Part shown: positions 1 to 8,841 of the stretch, one piece after another
Numbering within the stretch: position 1 is the stretch's first letter
Layout of the letters: each line of letters opens with the position of its first letter
NCBI GenBank assembly: GCA_964486045.1
Contig: CAZALK010000008.1
Location: forward strand, 139,611 to 203,610
Reading direction: 5' to 3'
DNA from: an uncultured archaeon
Lineage (GTDB): Archaea > Asgardarchaeota > Lokiarchaeia > Sigyniarchaeales > SOKP01
DNA length: 64,000 nucleotides
The notes under the pieces: model-generated
The model's input: the letters and a program-made list of their open reading frames with translations, nothing else
Database searches by the model: none
Told to the model about the DNA's origin: nothing
Program-made: the position numbers and the translations under genes

Positions 1-1
1 A

Positions 2-151
2 ATTTTTCATCATATTGATGTATCTGCATTTGTATATTGTGATGCGTTAAATTATATCGAAATTAATGGATATTCTACTTTTGATAATTTTGATGTAGCA
101 GCCTCTGACGATAAATTTAATCAACTAACGATTGAGTATCTAGATATTTAG
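2..151 (+). CDS. 3' end (partial, window edge) of a paralog of the 1365-1922 membrane-anchored beta-rich protein
   Basis: Not in ORF track. Frame 2 reads IFHHIDVSAFVYCDALNYIEINGYSTFDNFDVAASDDKFNQLTIEYLDI*, which aligns with the 1365-1922 C-terminus (YHSVDSFAFVYSNGTNYIEINGES...ADDLFNQLTIEFVAI). Confidence 0.85.
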   Translation: MFHHIDVSAFVYCDALNYIEINGYSTFDNFDVAASDDKFNQLTIEYLDI

Positions 152-292
152 TGGAAGATTTTTAATACTTAACTCTTTTTTTTTTCAATTCTTCATAAGC
201 AGGGATTTCCATCTCAGAAAGTTTAAAAATTAAATAAATAATTTAATATCTAGTAAACGAAAATTAAGAAATTGAGTAAAATAGTTAGTTGA

Positions 293-1174
293 GTGAAAAT
301 GATCGCTAAACAGAAATTTGGTAACACCGGACATATGAGTACCAGAATTATTTTTGGAGCTGCGGCGCTCAGTAATGTTACACAAGCTGAAGCAGATCAA
401 ACATTTGAAGTACTTCTTAAGTTTGGAATAAATCATATCGACACTGCTGCGGGTTATGGGGAGTCAGAGTTACGAATCGGTCCTTGGATGGAAAAACATC
501 GCAATAAATTCTTCCTTGCTACAAAAGTATTTAGGCGTTCCTATCAAGAAGCCCTTGATCAGATACATAGTTCACTTGAACGAATGCGTGTATCTTCAAT
601 CGACTTAATTCAATTTCATAATTTGACATCTCCTAATAGCTGGAAAAAAGTAATGGGTGAAGATGGAGCCTTAAAGGCCGCCGTTGAAGCCCGTGAACAA
701 GGAGTGGTAAAAAACATTGGTGTAACAGGGCACGGATATACTGTAGCTGCCATGCATAAACAAAGCTTAGAGCATTTTGAATTTGATACGGTTCTATTAC
801 CATACAACTACATGATGGTACAAAATTCGGAGTATGCTGCAGATTTTGAAAGCCTTTTGAAACTATGTAAGGAACGAAATGTGGCAGTTCAGACAATAAA
901 ATCTCTCGCACGCCGTCCTTGGGGTGGGAGCAAAAGGATCCGAACCACGTGGTACGAACCTTTTGAGGATCAGGTTGATATAGACCGTGCAGTTCATTGG
1001 GTTTTAAAAAAAGAAGGAATTTTCCTCAATACAAGCGGTGATATTCATATTTTGCCCAAAATACTTGATGCTGCCAGTCGTTTCAATATCGGACCCCCCG
1101 AAGAGGAAATGCAGGAAAAAGCTACTCAGCTAGAGATGAAACCAATATTTGATGGAAGATCCTTAATTTTATAA
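293..1174 (+). CDS. Aldo/keto reductase family oxidoreductase
   Basis: [31 protein letters not shown] and IGVTGH AKR motifs. Start is GTG 293 or ATG 299. Confidence 0.93.
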   Translation: MKMIAKQKFGNTGHMSTRIIFGAAALSNVTQAEADQTFEVLLKFGINHIDTAAGYGESELRIGPWMEKHRNKFFLATKVFRRSYQEALDQIHSSLERMRVSSIDLIQFHNLTSPNSWKKVMGEDGALKAAVEAREQGVVKNIGVTGHGYTVAAMHKQSLEHFEFDTVLLPYNYMMVQNSEYAADFESLLKLCKERNVAVQTIKSLARRPWGGSKRIRTTWYEPFEDQVDIDRAVHWVLKKEGIFLNTSGDIHILPKILDAASRFNIGPPEEEMQEKATQLEMKPIFDGRSLIL

Positions 1175-1364
1175 TGAGTAATACTTTTTTTTAGCCCATT
1201 AAATGAGAGTTTTATTTACCTTCTAAGAGTTTTATACAGTTTAAAACAACTGGAAGAAGTAGACATTCATAAAATTAAATTTCTTAATAGCAATAAAATC
1301 ATCAATTCTCTTGTAAGAAGAAAGAAAAAAAGAAAAAAAAGAGTTAAGGGTTAAAAATCTTATG

Positions 1365-1922
1365 CTAAATAGCTACAAACTCAATCGTTAGTTGATTAAA
1401 CAAATCGTCAGCACGAACAAAAAAGTTATTATCTCCTAATAAAGACTCTCCGTTAATTTCTATATAATTTGTACCATTACTATATACAAACGCAAATGAA
1501 TCAACAGAATGGTATTGGGAATTCATTGCTAATGATGTCTCATAATAATCTAAAAAAAATTCGGTAATACCATCTTTTAATAATTTTATCGTATAAATAC
1601 TAGCAGGATTGATATCCATCAATACCATAGAGAGGTGGATTCGATACCAACCAGGTTTTAATAAAGTAATACGAGTATTAGTGTTTGAAACAGAGATAAA
1701 GTTAGGATTACTCAAGCTATTGTCTCCAAATTCTATAAGCCAATTATCTAGCGCATTATGAGGGGGATAACCTTGATTGTCCGCAAGCGAATCCCATACT
1801 CCCACAACGATAGTCATATTATTAGTGGTATTTTGACCGTTCCACACTACAAATGTAAATCCTATTGCTCCAGCGGCTAAGATTATCCCTATAACCCCTA
1901 AAACTGCTCCACCACGTCCCAT
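1365..1922 (-). CDS. Membrane-anchored surface protein, possible C1q/TNF-like jelly-roll domain
   Basis: N-terminal hydrophobic helix, then a beta-rich domain with ITLLKPGWYRIHL, LLKDG and NGTNYIEI spacing reminiscent of C1q/BclA-C domains. The fold call is tentative. Confidence 0.6.
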   Translation of the reverse strand: MGRGGAVLGVIGIILAAGAIGFTFVVWNGQNTTNNMTIVVGVWDSLADNQGYPPHNALDNWLIEFGDNSLSNPNFISVSNTNTRITLLKPGWYRIHLSMVLMDINPASIYTIKLLKDGITEFFLDYYETSLAMNSQYHSVDSFAFVYSNGTNYIEINGESLLGDNNFFVRADDLFNQLTIEFVAI

Positions 1923-2230
1923 TATTTATCACTCATAATTTTTTTTTAATTTCATTTTTTAAATATTAGTTAAGAATTGGATTATATTTCTAAATATTTT
2001 AAAATTATACTAATAAATTAGAACTTTTTTAGAAAAAAGTTATGAAATAAAGCTAAATTCAGCTTCTATGACGAACAAACTTTAACGATTAAACAGAGCA
2101 CATTTAATAAAGTTTAATATCATTACGAATCAAAACCTTATTTTTAACCTACATCAAAAATACTATTATCAAATTTAGGTCAAGTCATGATTGTGAAACT
2201 ATCGAGATCTTCAGCAATTTCATTCAAAGA

Positions 2231-2536
2231 TCACGAAAGATTTTGAAAAGAAATTAAATCCATCTGAATTGATCTATGGTTAATATTTGAGACTAGGTCT
2301 TCAAGATCAGGGAACTCAAAAGGGAAGATGTTTTCAAAAGCTCTTTTTAACAATTCAACGTACTTCTTCTTGTCATATTTGTGCTTTTTATCATCAAATA
2401 AGTCTGAAAGGATAACCTTTTTTTCAGGAAAACTTGGATCCGCATCGGCATTAAGAATAATATATCTTACGTTTTTACCTGCTGATGCAATAACACCAGA
2501 GCGTTCTAACTGTCTTGCGGCAACTGCCTGGTAACT
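2231..2536 (-). pseudogene. Isolated 3' fragment (101 codons plus stop) of a PolB2 gene
   Basis: Reverse translation SYQAVAARQLERSGVIASAGKNVRYIILNADADPSFPEKKVILSDLFD...QMDLISFQNLS* matches the 13294-15717 C-terminus (83 of the first 98 aa identical by hand count). No start codon, and similarity ends abruptly at 2536. Confidence 0.93.
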
Positions 2537-3101
2537 AGTTTTCCCTTCTCTAAGTTAATCTGAGTTTAGGTTTTGCGAAGAAAAACTTATGTAATAAACC
2601 CTCGAATGCTTTCCTCTAAAATAATACTGTGCCTTTTATAAGAGGGAGAAATAGAAAAGAAGTGCAAGGAAAAAAAGCTAAAAACTTGGAATTGCTTAAA
2701 GATAATTAAAATAAAATCACGAGATTATCTTGACTTTTTTCTTCAATATTCTGAGTAAAATAAGAGAGAAAAAAAAAATGCTCGGGAGTTTGTTCAGCTG
2801 CGGGTGGGATAACTATAATCATAACACCATTCGATAAATATTTTAATATGCGTTTATCAATTGCATGGATCTTAATAAACTCAAGAAATTATCTTTGGCC
2901 AAAATAACCATCATTAAACAAAATGAGCTATTCAATGCAAATAGTAAAAGGTACAGAGCTTTTAGGGGAAAACTGTGACAATATTCTCAAATGTATTAAA
3001 AAAATAGAAGAACCGTATTATAAGACAGAAACTCTATCAAGTTAAATTATTCCCTAATAGTTAAAAGATGATTTCAACACCCTCTATAATATCTAGATTT
3101 A

Positions 3102-5159
3102 CTATTTTATTGAAGCCATGAATTTCAAAATAGTATCCATAATAGGAAGAGAGTTACAAATTATTCCAATTCTTTTAGCCCGAAAATCAAAGGCTTTCCT
3201 TCCAATAGGTGCGAGGTATGGATAATTGGAGATAATTATTACTTCATCTCCAGCCAGTATTGCATTAAATTTAACATTTTTACTCAATTCAAGGAAATTA
3301 CAATTTTCACATTCTTTTGTTATCATTTCTAATTTTCTTATCCCCTCTTCCCATTGAATTGAGCTTTTTATAAGTTCCGTCTTATTTAATAATATAGAGA
3401 AAGAAGGGATCTCTTCTAGGTGTGATTGAAATATTGGACCAATTCTTTTCTGACTTAGCTTTTCAGTAATTAATTGGAATGGCGCTTGTATCTCTCTCAT
3501 AGCATCTATTAGTATATCTTCATGTTCATAATCATATAATAATGATATACATTCTATATTCACCAAAGTGTTAATTTTTTCTTTGATTTCATATAGTAAA
3601 CCATTTGTACTCTCTATATTCTCGTTTAATATAAAAAATTCAAGGTCCTCAATTTTTTTTTCAAAAAAATTGATAATATTAATTCTGTAATCGGACAAAT
3701 TATTACAATAGACTTGAGTGGATTTTGCTAAGTATTTGTTTAAAACTTTTTTTCTATCAAATGAATCAGGTAAAAAATCGATAACAAATTGCAAAAGGCT
3801 TAAAGGTGTCTTTCCGCCCTCTAAATAAATGTTTGGAGTAATTAAACCCTCCTCGTTGTAATTATAACCAAGGAATGATAAACAATTGTAAAAGACTTTG
3901 TTGTTATCAATGATTAAAAAATTTGCATCAATCATATTATCCGATATAGTAAAAAATACTCTATTTTTATCTTTTCTTTCTAGTCCAGAAGATACTCCCA
4001 GTCTAAACTCCTTGATCTTTTCACGCTGTTCGCTAGGTGAGATCTCTTCTACACCCCCCCAAATAAACGTAATAGGTACTTCATTTTGACTAGATTCATA
4101 TATAATACTCTGAAGAAATGATAAATTGTTTAAGTTTAAATTATCAGAACAGATAACAATAAAATCTTGTGCATTTTTAACGTGTTCAATAATAAGATTT
4201 TTTACTTCTAAATTTTGATATTTAAATACTATTTTATTTACACTTTCAATTCGTTCTTTTAAAATTTTAAAATCTTTTTTTATTCTATCAAACCTATCCT
4301 CTAACAATATTTGAAGGCTCAAATTCTCTTCAAGATTATTAAAAGAGTTAATTTCTTCCTGTAAAAAGTTAAGGTTGAATAGAATTTGGGTTATAAATTT
4401 TTTATTTGACAAAATAATCGGTGTTTCAAGAGTTAAATCTTCTTCTATTTCTTCTGATTCCATAAGTTTTGATTCAAAAGCTTTCTGCCAATATTTTTGG
4501 ACGACTCTGGGGAATATATCAAAATCCAGATTAAATAAAATACCTTCTTCCTTTTTAATTGGAATATATAATTTATCTCGATGTAAGGGATATAAGAAAT
4601 TAATTTTTTCGACATTTTCTAAATCTCTAACTCTTGATTTAACACATTGAGTATATTTTAGTAAAGAATAACTATATATATGTTGAAATGTCTCTGAAGG
4701 TGAAGATTTTAAATCAATGAAATTCGTTTTATCAGGATTAGGTGTCTTTAAATAATCATTAACATCATTTTGAATAAAGAGTTCCCCCCCAATTTTTTCT
4801 TGAAGAATTATTACGGGATATTTATAGACAGTAGTATCAACATCCAAAAATTCATCTAGTTTATCTTTTTCAACATATTCAATAATCTTTTCGCTAAGTG
4901 TTACTAATCCACTATTTAAATCAATATGGATTAATCCTGAATATATTAATGGTGTTAATATATAATTCATAATATGTTTTCCAACATTAAAGGCTTTAAC
5001 TATGTTTATTAGTGAATTATCTTTACTTATTAATTTTAAAACTAATTTCTCAAGATGAGAAAGCATCTTACTTTTACGAATCACAATTTCACATTTTTCC
5101 ATTTGAATTGGAACAGTAATAACATCATCTTTTTTAACCTCCAGATTTTCCTCAGACAT
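3102..5159 (-). CDS. wHTH plus tandem degenerate PLD-like domain protein (MkoB-like)
   Basis: N-terminal winged-helix-like segment. PLD-fold pattern (AQDFIVICS...ITFIWG...IDANFLIIDNN and KFNAILAGDEVIIISNYPYL) with HxKxxxxD degenerate. Lies 1 nt downstream of the kinase-helicase gene. Confidence 0.65.
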   Translation of the reverse strand: MSEENLEVKKDDVITVPIQMEKCEIVIRKSKMLSHLEKLVLKLISKDNSLINIVKAFNVGKHIMNYILTPLIYSGLIHIDLNSGLVTLSEKIIEYVEKDKLDEFLDVDTTVYKYPVIILQEKIGGELFIQNDVNDYLKTPNPDKTNFIDLKSSPSETFQHIYSYSLLKYTQCVKSRVRDLENVEKINFLYPLHRDKLYIPIKKEEGILFNLDFDIFPRVVQKYWQKAFESKLMESEEIEEDLTLETPIILSNKKFITQILFNLNFLQEEINSFNNLEENLSLQILLEDRFDRIKKDFKILKERIESVNKIVFKYQNLEVKNLIIEHVKNAQDFIVICSDNLNLNNLSFLQSIIYESSQNEVPITFIWGGVEEISPSEQREKIKEFRLGVSSGLERKDKNRVFFTISDNMIDANFLIIDNNKVFYNCLSFLGYNYNEEGLITPNIYLEGGKTPLSLLQFVIDFLPDSFDRKKVLNKYLAKSTQVYCNNLSDYRINIINFFEKKIEDLEFFILNENIESTNGLLYEIKEKINTLVNIECISLLYDYEHEDILIDAMREIQAPFQLITEKLSQKRIGPIFQSHLEEIPSFSILLNKTELIKSSIQWEEGIRKLEMITKECENCNFLELSKNVKFNAILAGDEVIIISNYPYLAPIGRKAFDFRAKRIGIICNSLPIMDTILKFMASIK

Positions 5160-5160
5160 T

Positions 5161-8100
5161 TTAATATGGAACCTCGTCGTGTGAGATTATTTTTCCTTCT
5201 TTTTGAAAAAAGACTGCCACCTTACTAAATTTTTCCATAATTGGATTTCTACGATGATTTAAACACATTTTTAAATCACCTACAATTATTTCTACTTTTC
5301 TCGCTCTTGAGAGCATTACATTTAGTCTTTGAGGATCAGGAATAAAACCCCAAGCTGATCTGATTCCTTCTTTATTGTTACTTCGAACAAGTGATATAAT
5401 CACTAAATCTGCCTCTTGACCCTGAAAACTATCAACAGTATAACAAGAATTTTTAATATTTATCCCCCCCAAGTTTGGAAGGTTGTTTGGTAAGTGAGTC
5501 TTTAAAACATTTACTTGCTCATTATAAGGGCTTAAAATAGCCAAGGAGAATTGGATATACTTCTTATTAACTCTAATTTTTTTTAATATTCTATTAATTA
5601 ATTTAACTTCAGAAATGTTGTAAAAATCTGTACCAGCCCGTTTTTCTCCATAGATTCTTTCATTTTTTGTATTGATCCAAATTAATTGTTCATTTGACAT
5701 CATAGTTGGTTCTAAAATTAAATCATCTATTTCATGAATTTCTTGTCTAAAAGCTCTGTCATAGAAAATTGTTGAAATCATTTTACTAATTTTTGAAGGA
5801 AGTCTATGTTGGCCTATGAGTGTATTACAAGATCTCCTTTCATCAGCAGAATCATATGAAGGGCTTATTTTTTTAAATCGTTCGAACATAGATTGGAAGA
5901 TTTTTACTTCTCTAATTGTTAACTTTCTAAATTCTAAGAAATCTCTTTCATTAAAGGTTATTTCTTCTTTAGATTCCTCTTCTATTTCATCTAATTCTTC
6001 ATTGATTAGTTCAATAATATCATTTAGTTTAAATGGAGGGAGTTGGTTTTGATCTCCAATTAGGACCCACTTATTCCCTAGCTGCAAAGGTCGGAATAAT
6101 TCAGAAGGATATGTTTTAGCAGCCTCCTCGATTATTACTAAATCAAAATTAGGTCTTGATTCCAGTTTACTCAAATCATTAGACGTACTAGTACAGAAAA
6201 CTAAGTTTGAACTCTCTCTAATACTATCTGTCCATTCACGACTTGGTGCTTTACCTTCGTATTTTATTATGTTTTCAATTTCGGCTAAAATGTCATCATA
6301 TTTTTTAAGATTAGGATTCCATTTTTCAATATTCTCTAACATTTTAATAGCCATTTGTTTAGGAAAATGCTTAAAGGCTATTGATCCTGGCGGATAATTA
6401 CGTTCTCTAAATGGATTAATTAGTCGAACAATTTTAGGTTTTGGATTAATGTTTAATTCCTTGCACATGTCATAAGTCTTCTCTAGAAGGTCATCTAAAG
6501 CCGCATGCTCTTTACTTGAGACTAGAATCCTTTTATAAGGGTCTCTTTCAAGAGTTAATCTAATTAATTCCTTTGCAGACCATGTTTTTCCCGTTCCTGG
6601 AGGTCCTTGAAGAAGGAATATTGGAAAAGTGTAGAAAATAAAATTTACGATATCACTCTTATTGTCTTTCAAAAAATATTGATGTATCGCAGCTGGATTT
6701 AAAATCGCATCAATTAAATAATCTTTATCTTCTAAATTTTGAATAGTCATAAATTTCCTTTTTAATAGATGCAATGTTGGTTTTAAATCCCAAAAACGCA
6801 AATAACCATTTAAAGAAGGACTATCATTTTTTCTAACTTCTTCCCATTTTACAACAATATTGAAATCATCAGGTTCATCAATAATTTCAATAAATTTCCA
6901 TTTTCTTCGTTCTTTAAACCTTTGTTTTAAATCTGGTGAATCTGTTAGTTCTACAGTTTGAGTTTGAGAATTTCTTAAGACTTGTATGAACCGGGTCCTT
7001 TCAGCTTTGTTAAAAATGTTTATACTAATTTGTCGTTTACTTTTTTTTGGACTCTCTTTATCGAATGAATCGTTTATAAGTTCATATTCGAATATGTATC
7101 TTTTTTCAATATTTTGCTCTACTTTAGTAATAAGTTTTAATGCTTCTAACCATCTTTTCTTATCTAGTTCATAATCTGATGGTTCTTCATCAATAGTTCT
7201 TATTTGTGTTAAAGCATTTGCAAATATCCGATCCCAAGTAGAATATGATTTTTCTTTAAGATCTTGCCAATATAACTCATTTACTTTACAGACACAAATA
7301 TCATTTTTCAATCCAAAACTTCTCTCTTCATTTTTATTTAATAAACTTACTATTGCAATTTTTCTATTATTACGACCCCTCTGAAATTTATACTTTCCAT
7401 TTTTACCAATTGCCCATAAGGGCCAATCTCTATTATTCGTTAAATAAAAAGATAATTCTGAAAATTCATTTTTTAAAAAAGCATCTGGATATTCTCGAAT
7501 ACCTTGAATATTTACATCAACCTTCCGAGCAATCCAGTTGAGAAAATGACTATCTCGGTCTATATTGAAGTATATTGGTAATTTAGGTGTTGTAATTGTG
7601 AGATATTTAAGTTCGTTCACAAAATCTCTAATCTTTTCTACAAATTCATCAATGCTTTCAAATCTGTCTTCGTGATTCAATTCGGTTGCTTTTAAAATTA
7701 TTTCTTTTTCTTGTTGTAATCCCTCTTGAAAATGTATATTATCACGGATTTCATTGTATAATCTAGCTCTATCTGAAAACTCAGTGTCTTCATATTCAAT
7801 CATATCTAAATCAAAAATTAGAAAAGCCATTACTAATCCTAAAGAAAAAATGTCTGATTTAAAAGTCTCCATCTCTAAGCACTCAGGTGCTCTAAAAAAA
7901 TGCAAGTTATTTTGAATAATATTTTTTGTAATCTCATCAGAGATTAGATTAGATATTGAATATAAATAAATACTCCAGTTAAAATCACCTAATCTAAAGA
8001 TATGATCTTCACCTTCTCGATAAGCTTCCCTGTTAAAATAAACCGTATCAAGAGAGATGTTTCTATGTAGGAGTCCTGCGTTATGAATCGCAAGTAATCC

Positions 8101-8550
8101 CTCTGATAATTTTAAAATTCCTTCCCAAATTTTTTTTTTTGAAAGATTTGAATTCTTTAATTGATCAAATAGTTCGATATCTTCATTCTCCTTTTTAGAT
8201 AAGAGAATCTCCCTTAAACTTGAACCTCCTGCCTCAGTTATTAAAATAAAACAATTCTCCTCCTTATCGTACTCACCATCAATTAATTTTAGTAATGTAT
8301 TTCCTCTAGAAATATTAATTGCTCTTTGATTTAAAGAAATTTCATAATGCCATAGATATTGAGCTAACTCTTGAATACGAGGGTCCTCTTTAACGTTAAT
8401 TTTTTTTAATATAACTCTCTGTTGTAGACCACGATCTTCGGCGATATATTGATTTATTTCAATCTTATCACTAAAAGGGATCGCAATATTGCCTGTAATT
8501 TCTTCAATAATTCTATATCTTGTTTTCCATGAATCATAAATTGAGGTCAT
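5161..8550 (-). CDS. Ser/Thr kinase-like domain fused to SF1 (Upf1/Dna2/NAM7-like) helicase (MkoA-like)
   Basis: Kinase motifs: VILKK, LLHRNIS, LGDFNWS, RAPE, KSDIFSLG. Helicase motifs: LQGPPGTGKT, IIEEAAK, LIGDQNQLPP, ILSPYNEQV, TVDSFQGQEAD, RLNVMLSRAR. Confidence 0.9.
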   Translation of the reverse strand: MTSIYDSWKTRYRIIEEITGNIAIPFSDKIEINQYIAEDRGLQQRVILKKINVKEDPRIQELAQYLWHYEISLNQRAINISRGNTLLKLIDGEYDKEENCFILITEAGGSSLREILLSKKENEDIELFDQLKNSNLSKKKIWEGILKLSEGLLAIHNAGLLHRNISLDTVYFNREAYREGEDHIFRLGDFNWSIYLYSISNLISDEITKNIIQNNLHFFRAPECLEMETFKSDIFSLGLVMAFLIFDLDMIEYEDTEFSDRARLYNEIRDNIHFQEGLQQEKEIILKATELNHEDRFESIDEFVEKIRDFVNELKYLTITTPKLPIYFNIDRDSHFLNWIARKVDVNIQGIREYPDAFLKNEFSELSFYLTNNRDWPLWAIGKNGKYKFQRGRNNRKIAIVSLLNKNEERSFGLKNDICVCKVNELYWQDLKEKSYSTWDRIFANALTQIRTIDEEPSDYELDKKRWLEALKLITKVEQNIEKRYIFEYELINDSFDKESPKKSKRQISINIFNKAERTRFIQVLRNSQTQTVELTDSPDLKQRFKERRKWKFIEIIDEPDDFNIVVKWEEVRKNDSPSLNGYLRFWDLKPTLHLLKRKFMTIQNLEDKDYLIDAILNPAAIHQYFLKDNKSDIVNFIFYTFPIFLLQGPPGTGKTWSAKELIRLTLERDPYKRILVSSKEHAALDDLLEKTYDMCKELNINPKPKIVRLINPFRERNYPPGSIAFKHFPKQMAIKMLENIEKWNPNLKKYDDILAEIENIIKYEGKAPSREWTDSIRESSNLVFCTSTSNDLSKLESRPNFDLVIIEEAAKTYPSELFRPLQLGNKWVLIGDQNQLPPFKLNDIIELINEELDEIEEESKEEITFNERDFLEFRKLTIREVKIFQSMFERFKKISPSYDSADERRSCNTLIGQHRLPSKISKMISTIFYDRAFRQEIHEIDDLILEPTMMSNEQLIWINTKNERIYGEKRAGTDFYNISEVKLINRILKKIRVNKKYIQFSLAILSPYNEQVNVLKTHLPNNLPNLGGINIKNSCYTVDSFQGQEADLVIISLVRSNNKEGIRSAWGFIPDPQRLNVMLSRARKVEIIVGDLKMCLNHRRNPIMEKFSKVAVFFQKEGKIISHDEVPY

Positions 8551-8635
8551 AATTATCCTTTTTTTGTCTCTAATAAGTATTAATATTTGTTTTGTATTTC
8601 AGCTGTATTTTATTCGTTTTTCGACTTTAAAAACC

Positions 8636-8797
8636 TTAGCTTAATTTTTGGTATTTGGTGTTGGTAATATATGAAATGTTGGGTTTTAGATCTCTAAGCA
8701 CAAAACCATAGCCATTCAAGCCTACGGCGCCTTCCTTAAAGTTATCCTTTCCTCCCGCCGCGTCTGTTGCGAGTTTAATAATTTGCTCGATTCTCAT
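8636..8797 (-). CDS. Possible 53-aa small protein or gene remnant upstream of the kinase-helicase
   Basis: Not in ORF track: MRIEQIIKLATDAAGGKDNFKEGAVGLNGYGFVLRDLKPNISYITNTKYQKLS*. It accounts for a locally GC-rich patch in an AT-rich intergenic region. Confidence 0.35.
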   Translation of the reverse strand: MRIEQIIKLATDAAGGKDNFKEGAVGLNGYGFVLRDLKPNISYITNTKYQKLS

Positions 8798-8841
8798 CTC
8801 TTAAAGATAAACAAAGTAACCCATCAATTTAAATTTATGGA

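Noticed and set aside
2328-2534. Plus-strand 68-aa ORF similar to the 13352-13606 ORF
   Set aside because: Both are antisense shadows of the polB2 3' sequence. The real signal is on the minus strand.
2231-2536. polB2 duplicate as a DGR template/variable repeat pair
   Set aside because: Differences are largely synonymous and not adenine-specific, and there is no reverse transcriptase in the window.
2537-3101. Possible integrase remnant or short ORFs at the island edge
   Set aside because: Only short frames of about 40 codons and no recombinase motifs recognised.
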